NCBI GenBank assembly: GCA_965204045.1 | Contig: CBDBDW010000002.1 | Coordinates: 2,946,610-3,010,609 of the forward strand | Source: Gammaproteobacteria bacterium | GTDB taxonomy: Bacteria > Pseudomonadota > Gammaproteobacteria > Eutrophobiales > Eutrophobiaceae | Direction of reading: 5' to 3' | Length of the DNA: 64,000 bases | In this document: one piece after another, positions 27,445 to 36,706 of the stretch | Layout: each line of letters opens with the position of its first letter | Numbering within the stretch: position 1 is the stretch's first letter | Made by a program: the position numbers and the translations under genes | Notes under the pieces: generated by a model | Told to the model about the DNA's origin: nothing | Databases searched by the model: none | The model's input: only the letters and a program-made list of their open reading frames with translations

Positions 27445-30400
27445 ACCCATCACCCAAACCCTGAACTACGGCGACCTGCCCGAAACCTGGCGCGTGCCGG
27501 AGATTGAACGCTTTTCAGTACAGAAAACACTGTATGACTATCAGGAAGACGCGCTTCGGTGTGCAGCGCGGGCGCTGTACCTGTACTATGGAAAGGAAGG
27601 AAATGACTACCAGACCGGGGAATCGCAAGCTGCCGACAGCGCCCGTAAGCAGGATTTTGCCAACCGGTACTCCTCTTCCCAACTTAACGACTTTTCAGTA
27701 AAGCAGTACGAAACCAACTCAGACAGACAAAACCGGAGAGAGAGCCCCGTCTTTAAAATTCTTTCCGAGTATATAACGCCGCAAGGTGAAGAAATTCCAT
27801 ACCGGCAACTCATTAATCGCATGTGCTTCTGGATGGCAACCGGCAGCGGGAAAACCCTGGTCATGGTAAAACTGGTTGAGTACTTGCACAGGTTGATGGG
27901 ACACGGTGGAATTCCACCGCACAAAATCCTCATTCTTGCTCCGAGCGATCATCTTATCGGACAGATTCGCCGGGCTATAGAAGAATTCAACCAAGCCGGC
28001 CTGAATATCGATTTTGTCCATCTTCGGGAACATGGAAAAATATCGCAGAGCCGACTCGGAGACTCTGTAACAGTCTATTACCATCGTAGCGACAACCTCT
28101 CTGACATGCAGAAGGAGGCGCTGACAGATTATCGCACCCACGAAGACGCCGGGAAATGGTATGTCCTCCTGGACGAGGCCCACAAGGGAGGCAAGGAAGA
28201 TTCAAAACGACAGGCGTATTACGCCATCATGGCTCGCCATGGGTTTCTGTTTAATTTCTCGGCCACGTTCACTGACCCTGAGGATATTGTAACGACAGTC
28301 AAGAAATACAACCTGGAGGAATTCATCAGGAACGGGCATGGTAAAAATATTTACCTGAATGAGAAAGAATACGAGGTGTTCAAACACAGGGAGCAGGAAA
28401 TCAGCCACGACGAAAGACGGAAAATCGTCTTGAAGTCACTTATCGCGCTGGCTTACGTGTCGCTCAGGGTGAAGGAACTCCGCAAAAATACGGGTTTGAA
28501 AGAACTCTATCACCTGCCTCTGATGCTGACCCTGGTCAACTCGGTGAATACCGACGTGGAAAATGAGAGGAATGACCTGTGGGCGTTTTTCCAGACCTTG
28601 CGCGAGATTGCTACGGGAGAGGTGGATGACGCGCTTTTCCGGACAGCAAAAAAAGACCTTGCGAAGGAATGGGCAGATGCGACCTTTCTTTTTGGGGAGG
28701 TCGGCGGAGAAATTATCCGGCTTGACCAGGCCCGAATCACAGGCATAAAACTAACCGACCTGCGCGAAGCGGTGTTTTCAGGTCGCAGAAAAAGCTCGTT
28801 ACAGTTAATCCGCAGCAAGGACAACAAGGAACTCGCTTTTCAGGTCAGAAACGCAGATGCCCCGTTTGCGCTGATTCGCATAGGAGATACCTCCAAGTGG
28901 CGGAATAACCTCCTGACAGGTTACGAAGAAACCAAAACCTTGCAGGAAAAATCTTTTTTTGATGACCTGGAAAAAAGTTCAATCACAATTCTCATGGGGT
29001 CCCGCTCTTTCTTCGAAAGCTGGGACTCCAACCGCCCCAATGTCATCAACTTCATCAATATCGGTGGAACCGAGGCAAAGAAATTTGTCGTGCAGTCCGT
29101 CGGGCGCGGCGTGCGCATCGAGACATTGCCCAACCAACGCCGCCGTTACGCCTTCCTGCCGGACAGTAACGAAAAGAACCTGCTTCAGGATTACGCCTGT
29201 GAAGTGCAGCCCGCAGAGACGCTGTTCCTTTTTGCCACTAATCGCAACGCGGTGAAGTCTGTTCTGGAAGGGCTGCAAACGGAAAAAAGCGGTATTTTTG
29301 AAAACGTTGACGGCTTTGTCAGGTCGCCAAAGCCGGTGATCAACGGCCAGTTACTGCCGCTCCTGGTCCCGGAATACAAAGAGGAAAAGACAGGTACGGC
29401 GACAAAGGCAAAATTTGCAATGAGTTCGGATACGCTGAACAGGTTCAGGAACTACCTTGCAAAAACTTCGGATTCGGCGCTTGCCGTCCGCGACAACCTG
29501 GTAGCCCGGGAGATAGCTGAGTTACGCGCATGCGCAGAAGGCAAAGAAAATATCCGCTTGGATCCGGGAAAGAACTACAGCAGCCTTGCCTTCCTGCAAA
29601 ATCGCCTCATATCCCACCTGTCAAAAACGGGGAGGATAGCCGATGGCCTGCGCGAACTGGATGAGGATGAAGACATCGTTCACTTTCGCAAAATACAAGT
29701 GCGACTGTCTCAAGGAGACCTGATCGATTTACAGAAGAAACTCAAAGCTGTCGCACAAGGCGATATATCCGAAGATGAAAAGAAAAAACGGGCGCTTCAG
29801 TACGCAGAAAACAAAATCAGCGAGGAAGAATTCATGGAGTATATCAGCGGCAAATCTGAAGAAACATTCAACGACTTGAAAATCAAAAACATTTCCAGGC
29901 ATTACTATGCGCCGGTTATTGCCGCCCAGACCGGAGCAGCGGATTTCATTAAGCACATCATCAGGGAAGAAAGCGAAGTGCGGTTTCTTGACAACCTGGA
30001 ACAATGGTTAGAAGACAATGACCCAGGATGGGACGCCTGGATGTTCAGCAAAATAGATGAGACATTGGACAATATCTATATACCTTACTACGATGCTACA
30101 ACCAATGAATACACTCGCTTCCTGCCGGATTTCATCTTCTGGATGTACAAGGATGATGAATACCGCATCGTTTTTGTTGATCCGAAAGGGACGGCGCACA
30201 AATCCGCCTATCTTAAAATTGACGGATATCAAAAACTGTTCGAACCGGAAAATAAACTGAAAGAATTCAAATACCGGAAACATGATCCTGGAACAAGCGC
30301 GGTATCGGAAGAGGATAACCCGGTTTCCGGCGCACGGATAAACGTCAGACTTTTGATGTTTAATGCGGATAGCGCCGTGCCGGATGCTTACAAGCGTTTC

Positions 30401-30448
30401 TGGACGGCTGCTCCGGCAGATGTTTTTTCCTGTGCCGCAAGCGGATGA
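27428..30448 (+). CDS. type III R-M Res-like subunit: SF2 helicase (motifs I, II, III, VI) with a C-terminal PD-(D/E)xK endonuclease
   Basis: MATGSGKT (I), LLDEAHKG (II), FSAT (III), QSVGRGVRI (VI). C-terminal LPDFIFW...IVFVDPKG. Start taken at MQPALEP (27428), overlapping the upstream stop. Confidence 0.75.
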   Translation: MQPALEPITQTLNYGDLPETWRVPEIERFSVQKTLYDYQEDALRCAARALYLYYGKEGNDYQTGESQAADSARKQDFANRYSSSQLNDFSVKQYETNSDRQNRRESPVFKILSEYITPQGEEIPYRQLINRMCFWMATGSGKTLVMVKLVEYLHRLMGHGGIPPHKILILAPSDHLIGQIRRAIEEFNQAGLNIDFVHLREHGKISQSRLGDSVTVYYHRSDNLSDMQKEALTDYRTHEDAGKWYVLLDEAHKGGKEDSKRQAYYAIMARHGFLFNFSATFTDPEDIVTTVKKYNLEEFIRNGHGKNIYLNEKEYEVFKHREQEISHDERRKIVLKSLIALAYVSLRVKELRKNTGLKELYHLPLMLTLVNSVNTDVENERNDLWAFFQTLREIATGEVDDALFRTAKKDLAKEWADATFLFGEVGGEIIRLDQARITGIKLTDLREAVFSGRRKSSLQLIRSKDNKELAFQVRNADAPFALIRIGDTSKWRNNLLTGYEETKTLQEKSFFDDLEKSSITILMGSRSFFESWDSNRPNVINFINIGGTEAKKFVVQSVGRGVRIETLPNQRRRYAFLPDSNEKNLLQDYACEVQPAETLFLFATNRNAVKSVLEGLQTEKSGIFENVDGFVRSPKPVINGQLLPLLVPEYKEEKTGTATKAKFAMSSDTLNRFRNYLAKTSDSALAVRDNLVAREIAELRACAEGKENIRLDPGKNYSSLAFLQNRLISHLSKTGRIADGLRELDEDEDIVHFRKIQVRLSQGDLIDLQKKLKAVAQGDISEDEKKKRALQYAENKISEEEFMEYISGKSEETFNDLKIKNISRHYYAPVIAAQTGAADFIKHIIREESEVRFLDNLEQWLEDNDPGWDAWMFSKIDETLDNIYIPYYDATTNEYTRFLPDFIFWMYKDDEYRIVFVDPKGTAHKSAYLKIDGYQKLFEPENKLKEFKYRKHDPGTSAVSEEDNPVSGARINVRLLMFNADSAVPDAYKRFWTAAPADVFSCAASG

Positions 30449-30494
30449 AAGGCAGACGACCAATTACTTTTTCTGAACAAACAGATTCTCATTT

Positions 30495-31430
30495 ATGACT
30501 GCTCTCATCTGCGGTTCCTTTGCATACGACCGGATCATGGTCTACCCGGGGCGTTTCAGGGAAGACATACTGCCGGACAAGATCCATATGCTCAATGTCT
30601 GTTTCGTCGTCCCGGACATACAGCACGAGTTCGGCGGCTCCGGGGGGAATATCGTCTATAACATGAAACTGCTGGACGCGGACTGCCTGCCCATGGGCAC
30701 GGTAGGGGTTGATTTTGCCGAATACCGCAAATGGCTGGAACAGAACGGAGTCGATCAACGACACCTGCGGGTAGTGGAAAATACTTTTACCGCGCAATGT
30801 TTCATTACCACCGACCTGGATAACAACCAGATCACGACCTTCCAGACAGGCGCCATGGCCCATTCCCATGAAAATCGGGTATCCATGGCCGAAGGCGTCA
30901 GTATCGGCATCGTCGCCCCGGACGGCAAGGAAGGAATGTTGCAACATGCCCGGCAGTTTGCCGAACAAGATATCCCGTTCATCTTCGACCCGGGCCAGAA
31001 TGTCACCGTGTTGACCGGGGACGAACTGTTGGACAGTCTTGAGCACGCGGCCTGGGCGGTCTTCAACGATTATGAGTGGCAACTGGTTACGGACAAAACC
31101 GGCCTCAGTGCCTCCGGGGCGTTGGACCGCGTCGATAGCCTGATCGTCACCCGCGGCGCTTCAGGCTCTATCATTCATACCCGCGCCGGCCCTGTAGACA
31201 TTCCGACTGCCAGGACGGAACACCTGGCCGACCCGACCGGGTGCGGCGACGCTTACCGCGCCGGCCTGTTGTACGGCCTGATGCGCGGCATGGACTGGGA
31301 AACCACCGGAAGGATTGCTTCCCTGATGGGCAAGATCAAAATTGAAGTGAGAGGCACACAGAATCACATATTCACCCGGCAGGAATTTGAGGATTTATTC
31401 AAACAATACTTCGGTTATTCTTTCTCTTGA
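30495..31430 (+). CDS. PfkB-family carbohydrate/nucleoside kinase
   Basis: Ribokinase-like fold with GG dipeptide (FGGSGGN) and C-terminal DPTGCGDAYRAG anion-hole motif. Confidence 0.7.
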   Translation: MTALICGSFAYDRIMVYPGRFREDILPDKIHMLNVCFVVPDIQHEFGGSGGNIVYNMKLLDADCLPMGTVGVDFAEYRKWLEQNGVDQRHLRVVENTFTAQCFITTDLDNNQITTFQTGAMAHSHENRVSMAEGVSIGIVAPDGKEGMLQHARQFAEQDIPFIFDPGQNVTVLTGDELLDSLEHAAWAVFNDYEWQLVTDKTGLSASGALDRVDSLIVTRGASGSIIHTRAGPVDIPTARTEHLADPTGCGDAYRAGLLYGLMRGMDWETTGRIASLMGKIKIEVRGTQNHIFTRQEFEDLFKQYFGYSFS

Positions 31431-31437
31431 TAGCAAT

Positions 31438-31461
31438 GGGGACGGACTTAAGTCCGTCCCC
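31438..31461. repeat. REP-like palindrome ggggacggac-ttaa-gtccgtcccc (family member 1), probable terminator/RNA hairpin
   Basis: Perfect 10-bp stem 8 bp after the kinase stop. Related copies at 44109-44159 and 56428-56452. Confidence 0.6.
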
Positions 31462-31591
31462 GGTTGCTTCGGATACTCCTTCCAATAACTAAATCCCCGG
31501 TTTGCAACTCCGGGATCTTTACTCTATACTGCCCGACCTTAATCCTTGCCTCACCGTATTGACGGGAGGCTGAATCCATGAGGATATGACA

Positions 31592-32101
31592 ATGAGACAT
31601 TATGAAGTCGTGTTTCTGGTCCACCCGGACCAGAGCGAGCAGGTGCCTGCGATGATCGAACGGTACCGTTCCATGATCGAGTCGAACCAGGGCTCCATAC
31701 ATCGCCTGGAAGACTGGGGCAGACGCCAACTCGCTTATCCGATCAACAAGATCCACAAGGCGCATTATGTGTTGATGAACATCGAGTGCGACCAGGCTAC
31801 CCTGCAACAGATTAATAACGCTTTCAGGTTCAATGATGCCGTTATCCGCGATCTCATTTTTCGCAGGGATGCCGCCATCACGGAACCTTCACTCCTGGCG
31901 AAAAGCAAGGAGCAGGAACAGGAAAGAGAAATGGCAGGCGATCCGGATAACACTGTCCGTGAAGATGCAGCCAGGGTTTACTCCGGGGCCGAAGAAACCG
32001 GGGATGACGGCAGCGGGGAGGAAACCGAGTCAAGTGCGCCGGCGCAAGGCACAACCAACGGTACATCCGCTGACGAACCGGAAGTTGAGACGGACGGCTG
32101 A
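31592..32101 (+). CDS. rpsF: 30S ribosomal protein S6 with a long acidic C-terminal tail
   Basis: [18 protein letters not shown] matches the S6 N-terminus. Tail is about 55 aa and E/D/G-rich. Confidence 0.9.
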   Translation: MRHYEVVFLVHPDQSEQVPAMIERYRSMIESNQGSIHRLEDWGRRQLAYPINKIHKAHYVLMNIECDQATLQQINNAFRFNDAVIRDLIFRRDAAITEPSLLAKSKEQEQEREMAGDPDNTVREDAARVYSGAEETGDDGSGEETESSAPAQGTTNGTSADEPEVETDG

Positions 32102-32145
32102 CGGACTTGAGCAGGGCTTCCTTAACTAACGAATTCAGGTGAGAC

Positions 32146-32370
32146 ATGGCAAGATATTTCAGAAGAAAGCGGTTCTGCAAGTTTTCTGCGGAAGGTATAG
32201 ATGAAATTGATTACAAGGATATCAATACGTTGAAAGCATATATTACGGAAACAGGCAAAATTGTACCCAGCAGGATATCCGGCACCAAGGCCAAATACCA
32301 GAGACAGTTGGCGGCAGCAATCAAGCGGGCGAGATACCTGTCGCTGCTTCCCTACAGCGACGCTCATTAA
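32146..32370 (+). CDS. rpsR: 30S ribosomal protein S18
   Basis: [13 protein letters not shown]...[13 protein letters not shown] is the S18 signature. Confidence 0.92.
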   Translation: MARYFRRKRFCKFSAEGIDEIDYKDINTLKAYITETGKIVPSRISGTKAKYQRQLAAAIKRARYLSLLPYSDAH

Positions 32371-32373
32371 AGC

Positions 32374-33294
32374 TTGCGCTTCAGGATGAAGGCGCTTGGC
32401 AACTATATACTGAGAACCCGCGTACATGCGATCCTGGCGATCAGCATATTGACGCTGCTCTCGATATTTATTTCGCCCTTTTCCTATTTCATCAGTGGCG
32501 CGCCCATGGGCCTCGCGGCTTTGCGCAAGGGGCCTGTTACAGGCCTCCAGGTTGCTGCCGGCTGCCTGCTGTTGACAGCGCTGCCTGCCATGGCGCTGAA
32601 CCTGCAGCCCGGCATACCCATCGCATTCATGGCAACCGTCTGGCTTCCGGTGATCCTGTGTGCAGGATTATTGAGGAACACGCAATCCCAGGGGTTGATG
32701 GTCCTGTGCGCGGGTACGGTCGGCGTATTTTTTACGGCATTGATTTACGTGATGCTGGAGGATATACAAACATGGTGGCATGAATGGTTTGAGGTATGGA
32801 AGCAATATGCGGAGTCTGAACCCGCCCGGCAGCAGCTTGAACAGGCTTACCAGTTGATCAGTCCGCTGCTGTCGGCAATTTTTGCATCCGGATTTGTTAT
32901 CAGTCTCATTATTACGATGTTACTGGCGCGCTGGTGGCAGTCAGCGCTGTTCAATCCAGGCGGTTTCAGGAAAGAATTTTATGCGTTGAGGCTGCCCCGC
33001 ATCCTGGTCTTCCCTACGCTGGCAGGTCTGTTGACATTACTGCTTATACCCGGCGCCGCATCAATAGCGCTCAGGGACACCGTGATCCTGATGCTGGTGC
33101 TGTACCTGTTCCAGGGAATCTCCGTCATACACGGTTTTCTGTATACCAGGGCGCGCTCCAGGGTCTGGTTGATAGTGATCTACGGCCTGTTTTTCATAAT
33201 GCCGCGTTTCATCCTGTTGTTTGTGAGTTGTGCCGGAATCGTGAATGCCTGTCTGGGTGGAAAACCGATCCGGATCGGCGATAACAACGCATGA
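32374..33294 (+). CDS. conserved hypothetical polytopic membrane protein located between rpsR and rplI
   Basis: 306 aa with at least 8 hydrophobic helices. Same syntenic position as a membrane-protein gene in pseudomonads. Confidence 0.5.
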   Translation: MRFRMKALGNYILRTRVHAILAISILTLLSIFISPFSYFISGAPMGLAALRKGPVTGLQVAAGCLLLTALPAMALNLQPGIPIAFMATVWLPVILCAGLLRNTQSQGLMVLCAGTVGVFFTALIYVMLEDIQTWWHEWFEVWKQYAESEPARQQLEQAYQLISPLLSAIFASGFVISLIITMLLARWWQSALFNPGGFRKEFYALRLPRILVFPTLAGLLTLLLIPGAASIALRDTVILMLVLYLFQGISVIHGFLYTRARSRVWLIVIYGLFFIMPRFILLFVSCAGIVNACLGGKPIRIGDNNA

Positions 33295-33330
33295 TTATGC
33301 TATGCTTAACCTAAACCAAGGAGTAAAACA

Positions 33331-33795
33331 ATGCAGGTGATATTACTGGAAAAAATCGGCAAGCTTGGGGAGTTGGGACAACAGGTCAACGTCAAGCCCG
33401 GTTACGGCAGGAATTATCTCATCCCCAACGGCAAGGCAGTGCCGGCCACGCCTGAAAACGTGGAAAAATTCGAGGCGCAACGGGCCGAACTGGAAAAAGC
33501 GCAGACCGATTCGTTTGCTACGGCACAGGGCAGGGCGGAAAAACTCAATGAACTGGAAGTTACCCTGCATAGAAAAGTCGTTTCCGATGACAAACTGTAC
33601 GGTTCCGTAGGGGTAAACGAGATTGCCGCGGCTATTGCCGCTTCCGGCCTGGAAGTCACGAAACGGGAAATCAGCCTGCCGGACGGTCCGTTCAAGTCGG
33701 TGGGTGAGTATGAAGTCGAACTGCACCTGCACGCGGATGTAGCTGCCCGAATCAAGCTCGTCATTGCCGCCGAACTGGAAAACGCCGAGGGCTGA
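33331..33795 (+). CDS. rplI: 50S ribosomal protein L9
   Basis: MQVILLEKIGKLGELGQQVNVKPGYGRNYLIP is the L9 N-terminus. Confidence 0.92.
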   Translation: MQVILLEKIGKLGELGQQVNVKPGYGRNYLIPNGKAVPATPENVEKFEAQRAELEKAQTDSFATAQGRAEKLNELEVTLHRKVVSDDKLYGSVGVNEIAAAIAASGLEVTKREISLPDGPFKSVGEYEVELHLHADVAARIKLVIAAELENAEG

Positions 33796-33815
33796 ACACG
33801 GTTGCCATTCCCGAT

Positions 33816-35207
33816 ATGGCCGAACCCGCTTATACCGCGCCTGATCCTGAAACGAGGTCTCTGAAAGTACCTCCCCACTCCATTGAGGCCGAGCAGTCGG
33901 TGCTTGGCGGCCTGTTCCTGGATAAGGACGCTCTTATCAAGGTTGTTGAACGGGTACAGGCGGATGACTTTTACCGGCAGGATCACCGGATTATCTATAA
34001 CGCCATCAATGCTCTTGACGGCGAGGGAAAACCCTTTGACCTGGTAACGGTTGCAGAATGGCTGGAATCCCACCAGCAACTGGATGATGCCGGCGGTCTG
34101 TCCTATCTTGCGGCGCTGGCGGAAAACACCCCCAGTGCAAGCAATGTCGGCGTCTATGCGGATATCGTGCGTAAACGTTCAGTGCTCAGGCAACTGATAT
34201 CCGCCACCGTGAAAATCAACGAAACCGTCTTTAATCCGATGGGGTTCAGCAGCGAACAGGTGCTTGATTTTGCCGAACAGACCATATTTGAAATTGCCGA
34301 ACAGGAAACCAGGGGGAAACGGGTTTACAACAGTATCAAGGACCTGCTGGTGGGCGCACTGGACAGGGTGGATGAGTTATACCGGAAGAAAACACCTGTC
34401 ACCGGTATCGCGACAGGGTTTGATGATTTTGATGAGCGTACTGCCGGGTTGCAGAAATCCGACCTGATCATCGTTGCCGGCAGGCCGTCCATGGGTAAAA
34501 CTGCATTTGCCGTCAATATAGCCGAACATGCAGTGATCAAGGAAGGGTTGTCCGCGGTCATCTTCAGCATGGAGATGCCGGGCGAGCAACTGGCCATGCG
34601 CATGATGTCGTCCCTGGGCAGGGTTGACCAGCACAAGGTCCGCACCGGAAAACTTCATGACGATGACTGGCCGCGCCTGACGTCGGCGGTGACGCTGCTC
34701 AAGGACAAAAAGCTGTTTATTGATGACACGCCGGCATTGACCCCGGCGGAACTGCGGGCAAGATGCCGGCGTATAGCCAGGGAACACAGCCTGGACATGA
34801 TTATTATCGATTACCTGCAGTTAATGCAGATTCCGGGCACGTCGGAAAACCGCGCAACGGAAATCTCCGAGATATCGCGCTCGCTGAAAGCCATGGCCAG
34901 GGAACTGGACGTGCCTGTCGTGGCGCTGTCCCAGCTCAACCGCAGCCTTGAACAACGCCCCAACAAGCGGCCGGTCATGTCCGATTTGCGCGAGTCCGGC
35001 GCCATCGAGCAGGATGCGGACGTCATCGTGTTCATTTACCGGGATGAAGTCTACGATGAGGACACTGCCGACAAGGGCATTGCGGAAATCATCATCGGCA
35101 AACAGCGCAACGGCCCCATCGGCACGGTGAAACTGGCTTTTCTGGGCCAGTTCACCCGGTTCGAAAACTATATCGAAGAACCTTCATATATGTCCAGGGA
35201 TGAATGA
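33816..35207 (+). CDS. dnaB: replicative DNA helicase DnaB
   Basis: IEAEQSVLGGL N-terminal domain. Walker A GRPSMGKT. RecA-like C-terminal domain. 463 aa, no intein. Confidence 0.92.
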   Translation: MAEPAYTAPDPETRSLKVPPHSIEAEQSVLGGLFLDKDALIKVVERVQADDFYRQDHRIIYNAINALDGEGKPFDLVTVAEWLESHQQLDDAGGLSYLAALAENTPSASNVGVYADIVRKRSVLRQLISATVKINETVFNPMGFSSEQVLDFAEQTIFEIAEQETRGKRVYNSIKDLLVGALDRVDELYRKKTPVTGIATGFDDFDERTAGLQKSDLIIVAGRPSMGKTAFAVNIAEHAVIKEGLSAVIFSMEMPGEQLAMRMMSSLGRVDQHKVRTGKLHDDDWPRLTSAVTLLKDKKLFIDDTPALTPAELRARCRRIAREHSLDMIIIDYLQLMQIPGTSENRATEISEISRSLKAMARELDVPVVALSQLNRSLEQRPNKRPVMSDLRESGAIEQDADVIVFIYRDEVYDEDTADKGIAEIIIGKQRNGPIGTVKLAFLGQFTRFENYIEEPSYMSRDE

Positions 35208-36585
35208 CCCGGCCCGAAAGGTAAAGACCCGGTACCAATGCAGCGAATGCGGCGCGGTCACGCTCAAGTGGACCGGGCAATGCGCGGATTGCGGCGCCTG
35301 GAACACGCTGACCGAGGTAACGCTCGAACAGAAGACATCGCTCGGTGAACGGTTCCAGTCCCATGGTTCCGGTCAGGCCGTAATCCGCCAACTTGACGAG
35401 GTGGACCTGGTCAAACAACCGCGTATGTCAACCGGGTCTGATGAACTCAACCGTTCCCTTGGTGGAGGCCTGGTCAGCGGTTCCGTGATCCTGCTGGGCG
35501 GCGATCCAGGCATAGGCAAATCCACGCTGTTGCTGCAAGTGCTGTCTTCGCTGGCGGATCGGGACCATGTAAAAGCCTTGTACGTGAGCGGTGAAGAATC
35601 CATCGAGCAGATCGGCCTGCGAGCCGCCAGGCTGGGTTTGCAGGCCGCCGACCTGTTTGTGCTGGCGGAAAACCACCTGGAACATATCTTTACCGCCGCG
35701 CGCCAGCATAAGCCCCGGGTACTCGTGATCGATTCCATCCAGACCGTATTTTCCGATGCATTACAGTCCGTTCCCGGTTCGGTTGCCCAGGTGCGCGAAT
35801 GCGCGGCCAGGCTGGTGCGGTTTGCAAAACAGACGCAAACCACGGTTTTCCTCGTGGGGCATGTCACCAAGGAAGGCGCCCTGGCGGGCCCTCGGGTACT
35901 GGAGCACATGGTCGATACGGTGTTGTATTTCGAGGGCGACGGCAACAGCCGTTATCGCATGATTCGTTCCGTCAAGAACCGTTACGGCGCAGTCAACGAA
36001 TTAGGGGTATTCGCCATGAGCGATAAAGGTCTTCGGGAGGTCAGCAATCCGTCAGCTATTTTCCTGACGGCCGATGGCGAACCGGCCCCGGGCACATCCA
36101 TCCTCGTGACCCGGGAGGGCAGCCGCCCCCTGCTGGTCGAAGTCCAGGCCCTGGTGGACCAGACCCATAGCAGCCAGCCGCGGCGGGTGGCCGTGGGCCT
36201 GGAACAAAACCGGTTGTCCATGTTGCTTGCAGTCCTGCACAGACACGCAGGCGTTGTTACCTGGGACCAGGACGTATTCCTCAATGTAGTCGGCGGCGTC
36301 AAACTCACGGAGACTGCGGCAGACCTGGCAATTCTTGTTGCGATCCTGTCGAGCCTGCGTGACCGGCCCCTGGCCGAAGACCTGGTTGTATTCGGCGAGG
36401 TCGGGCTGACTGGTGAAATCAGGCCTGTACAGGAAGGGCAGGAACGCCTTAAAGCGGCGCAAAAGCACGGTTTTAACAAGGCCATAATTCCCGCCGCCAA
36501 CTCTCCTAAAACGAAGATGGGAAAAGTCGAGATATTTCCGGTCAGGAAACTGAGTCAGGCTATCGAAGCTCTGCAGTCCATGTAA
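35200..36585 (+). CDS. radA: DNA repair protein RadA/Sms
   Basis: N-terminal zinc finger CSECGA...CADCGAWN. Walker A GDPGIGKST. KNRYG motif. Lon-like C-terminal domain. Confidence 0.92.
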   Translation: MNDPARKVKTRYQCSECGAVTLKWTGQCADCGAWNTLTEVTLEQKTSLGERFQSHGSGQAVIRQLDEVDLVKQPRMSTGSDELNRSLGGGLVSGSVILLGGDPGIGKSTLLLQVLSSLADRDHVKALYVSGEESIEQIGLRAARLGLQAADLFVLAENHLEHIFTAARQHKPRVLVIDSIQTVFSDALQSVPGSVAQVRECAARLVRFAKQTQTTVFLVGHVTKEGALAGPRVLEHMVDTVLYFEGDGNSRYRMIRSVKNRYGAVNELGVFAMSDKGLREVSNPSAIFLTADGEPAPGTSILVTREGSRPLLVEVQALVDQTHSSQPRRVAVGLEQNRLSMLLAVLHRHAGVVTWDQDVFLNVVGGVKLTETAADLAILVAILSSLRDRPLAEDLVVFGEVGLTGEIRPVQEGQERLKAAQKHGFNKAIIPAANSPKTKMGKVEIFPVRKLSQAIEALQSM

Positions 36586-36641
36586 GACTTGGGGTCAAGA
36601 GACTTGGCCGAACAGGACGCCACCCGTTCGTTAGCGCCCCT

Positions 36642-36703
36642 CTCGTCATTCCCGCGCAAGCGGGAATCCAGTGAAGTACTTGTCCCGAAGGGACACTTTA
36701 TTG
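36642..36703. repeat. MITE-like element, truncated copy 2 (left inverted repeat and core only)
   Basis: tcgtcattcccgcgcaagcgggaatccagtg...gtcccgaagggacactttat matches the left half of copies 1 and 3. The right inverted repeat is absent. Confidence 0.55.
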
Positions 36704-36706
36704 GGA

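Noticed and set aside
27428-30448. Interpreting the 1016-aa helicase as type I HsdR or a DISARM/BREX helicase
   Set aside because: The nuclease motif is C-terminal (HsdR has it N-terminal). No hsdS/hsdM, PLD or pglZ-like genes are nearby. The beta-class Mod upstream fits type III best.
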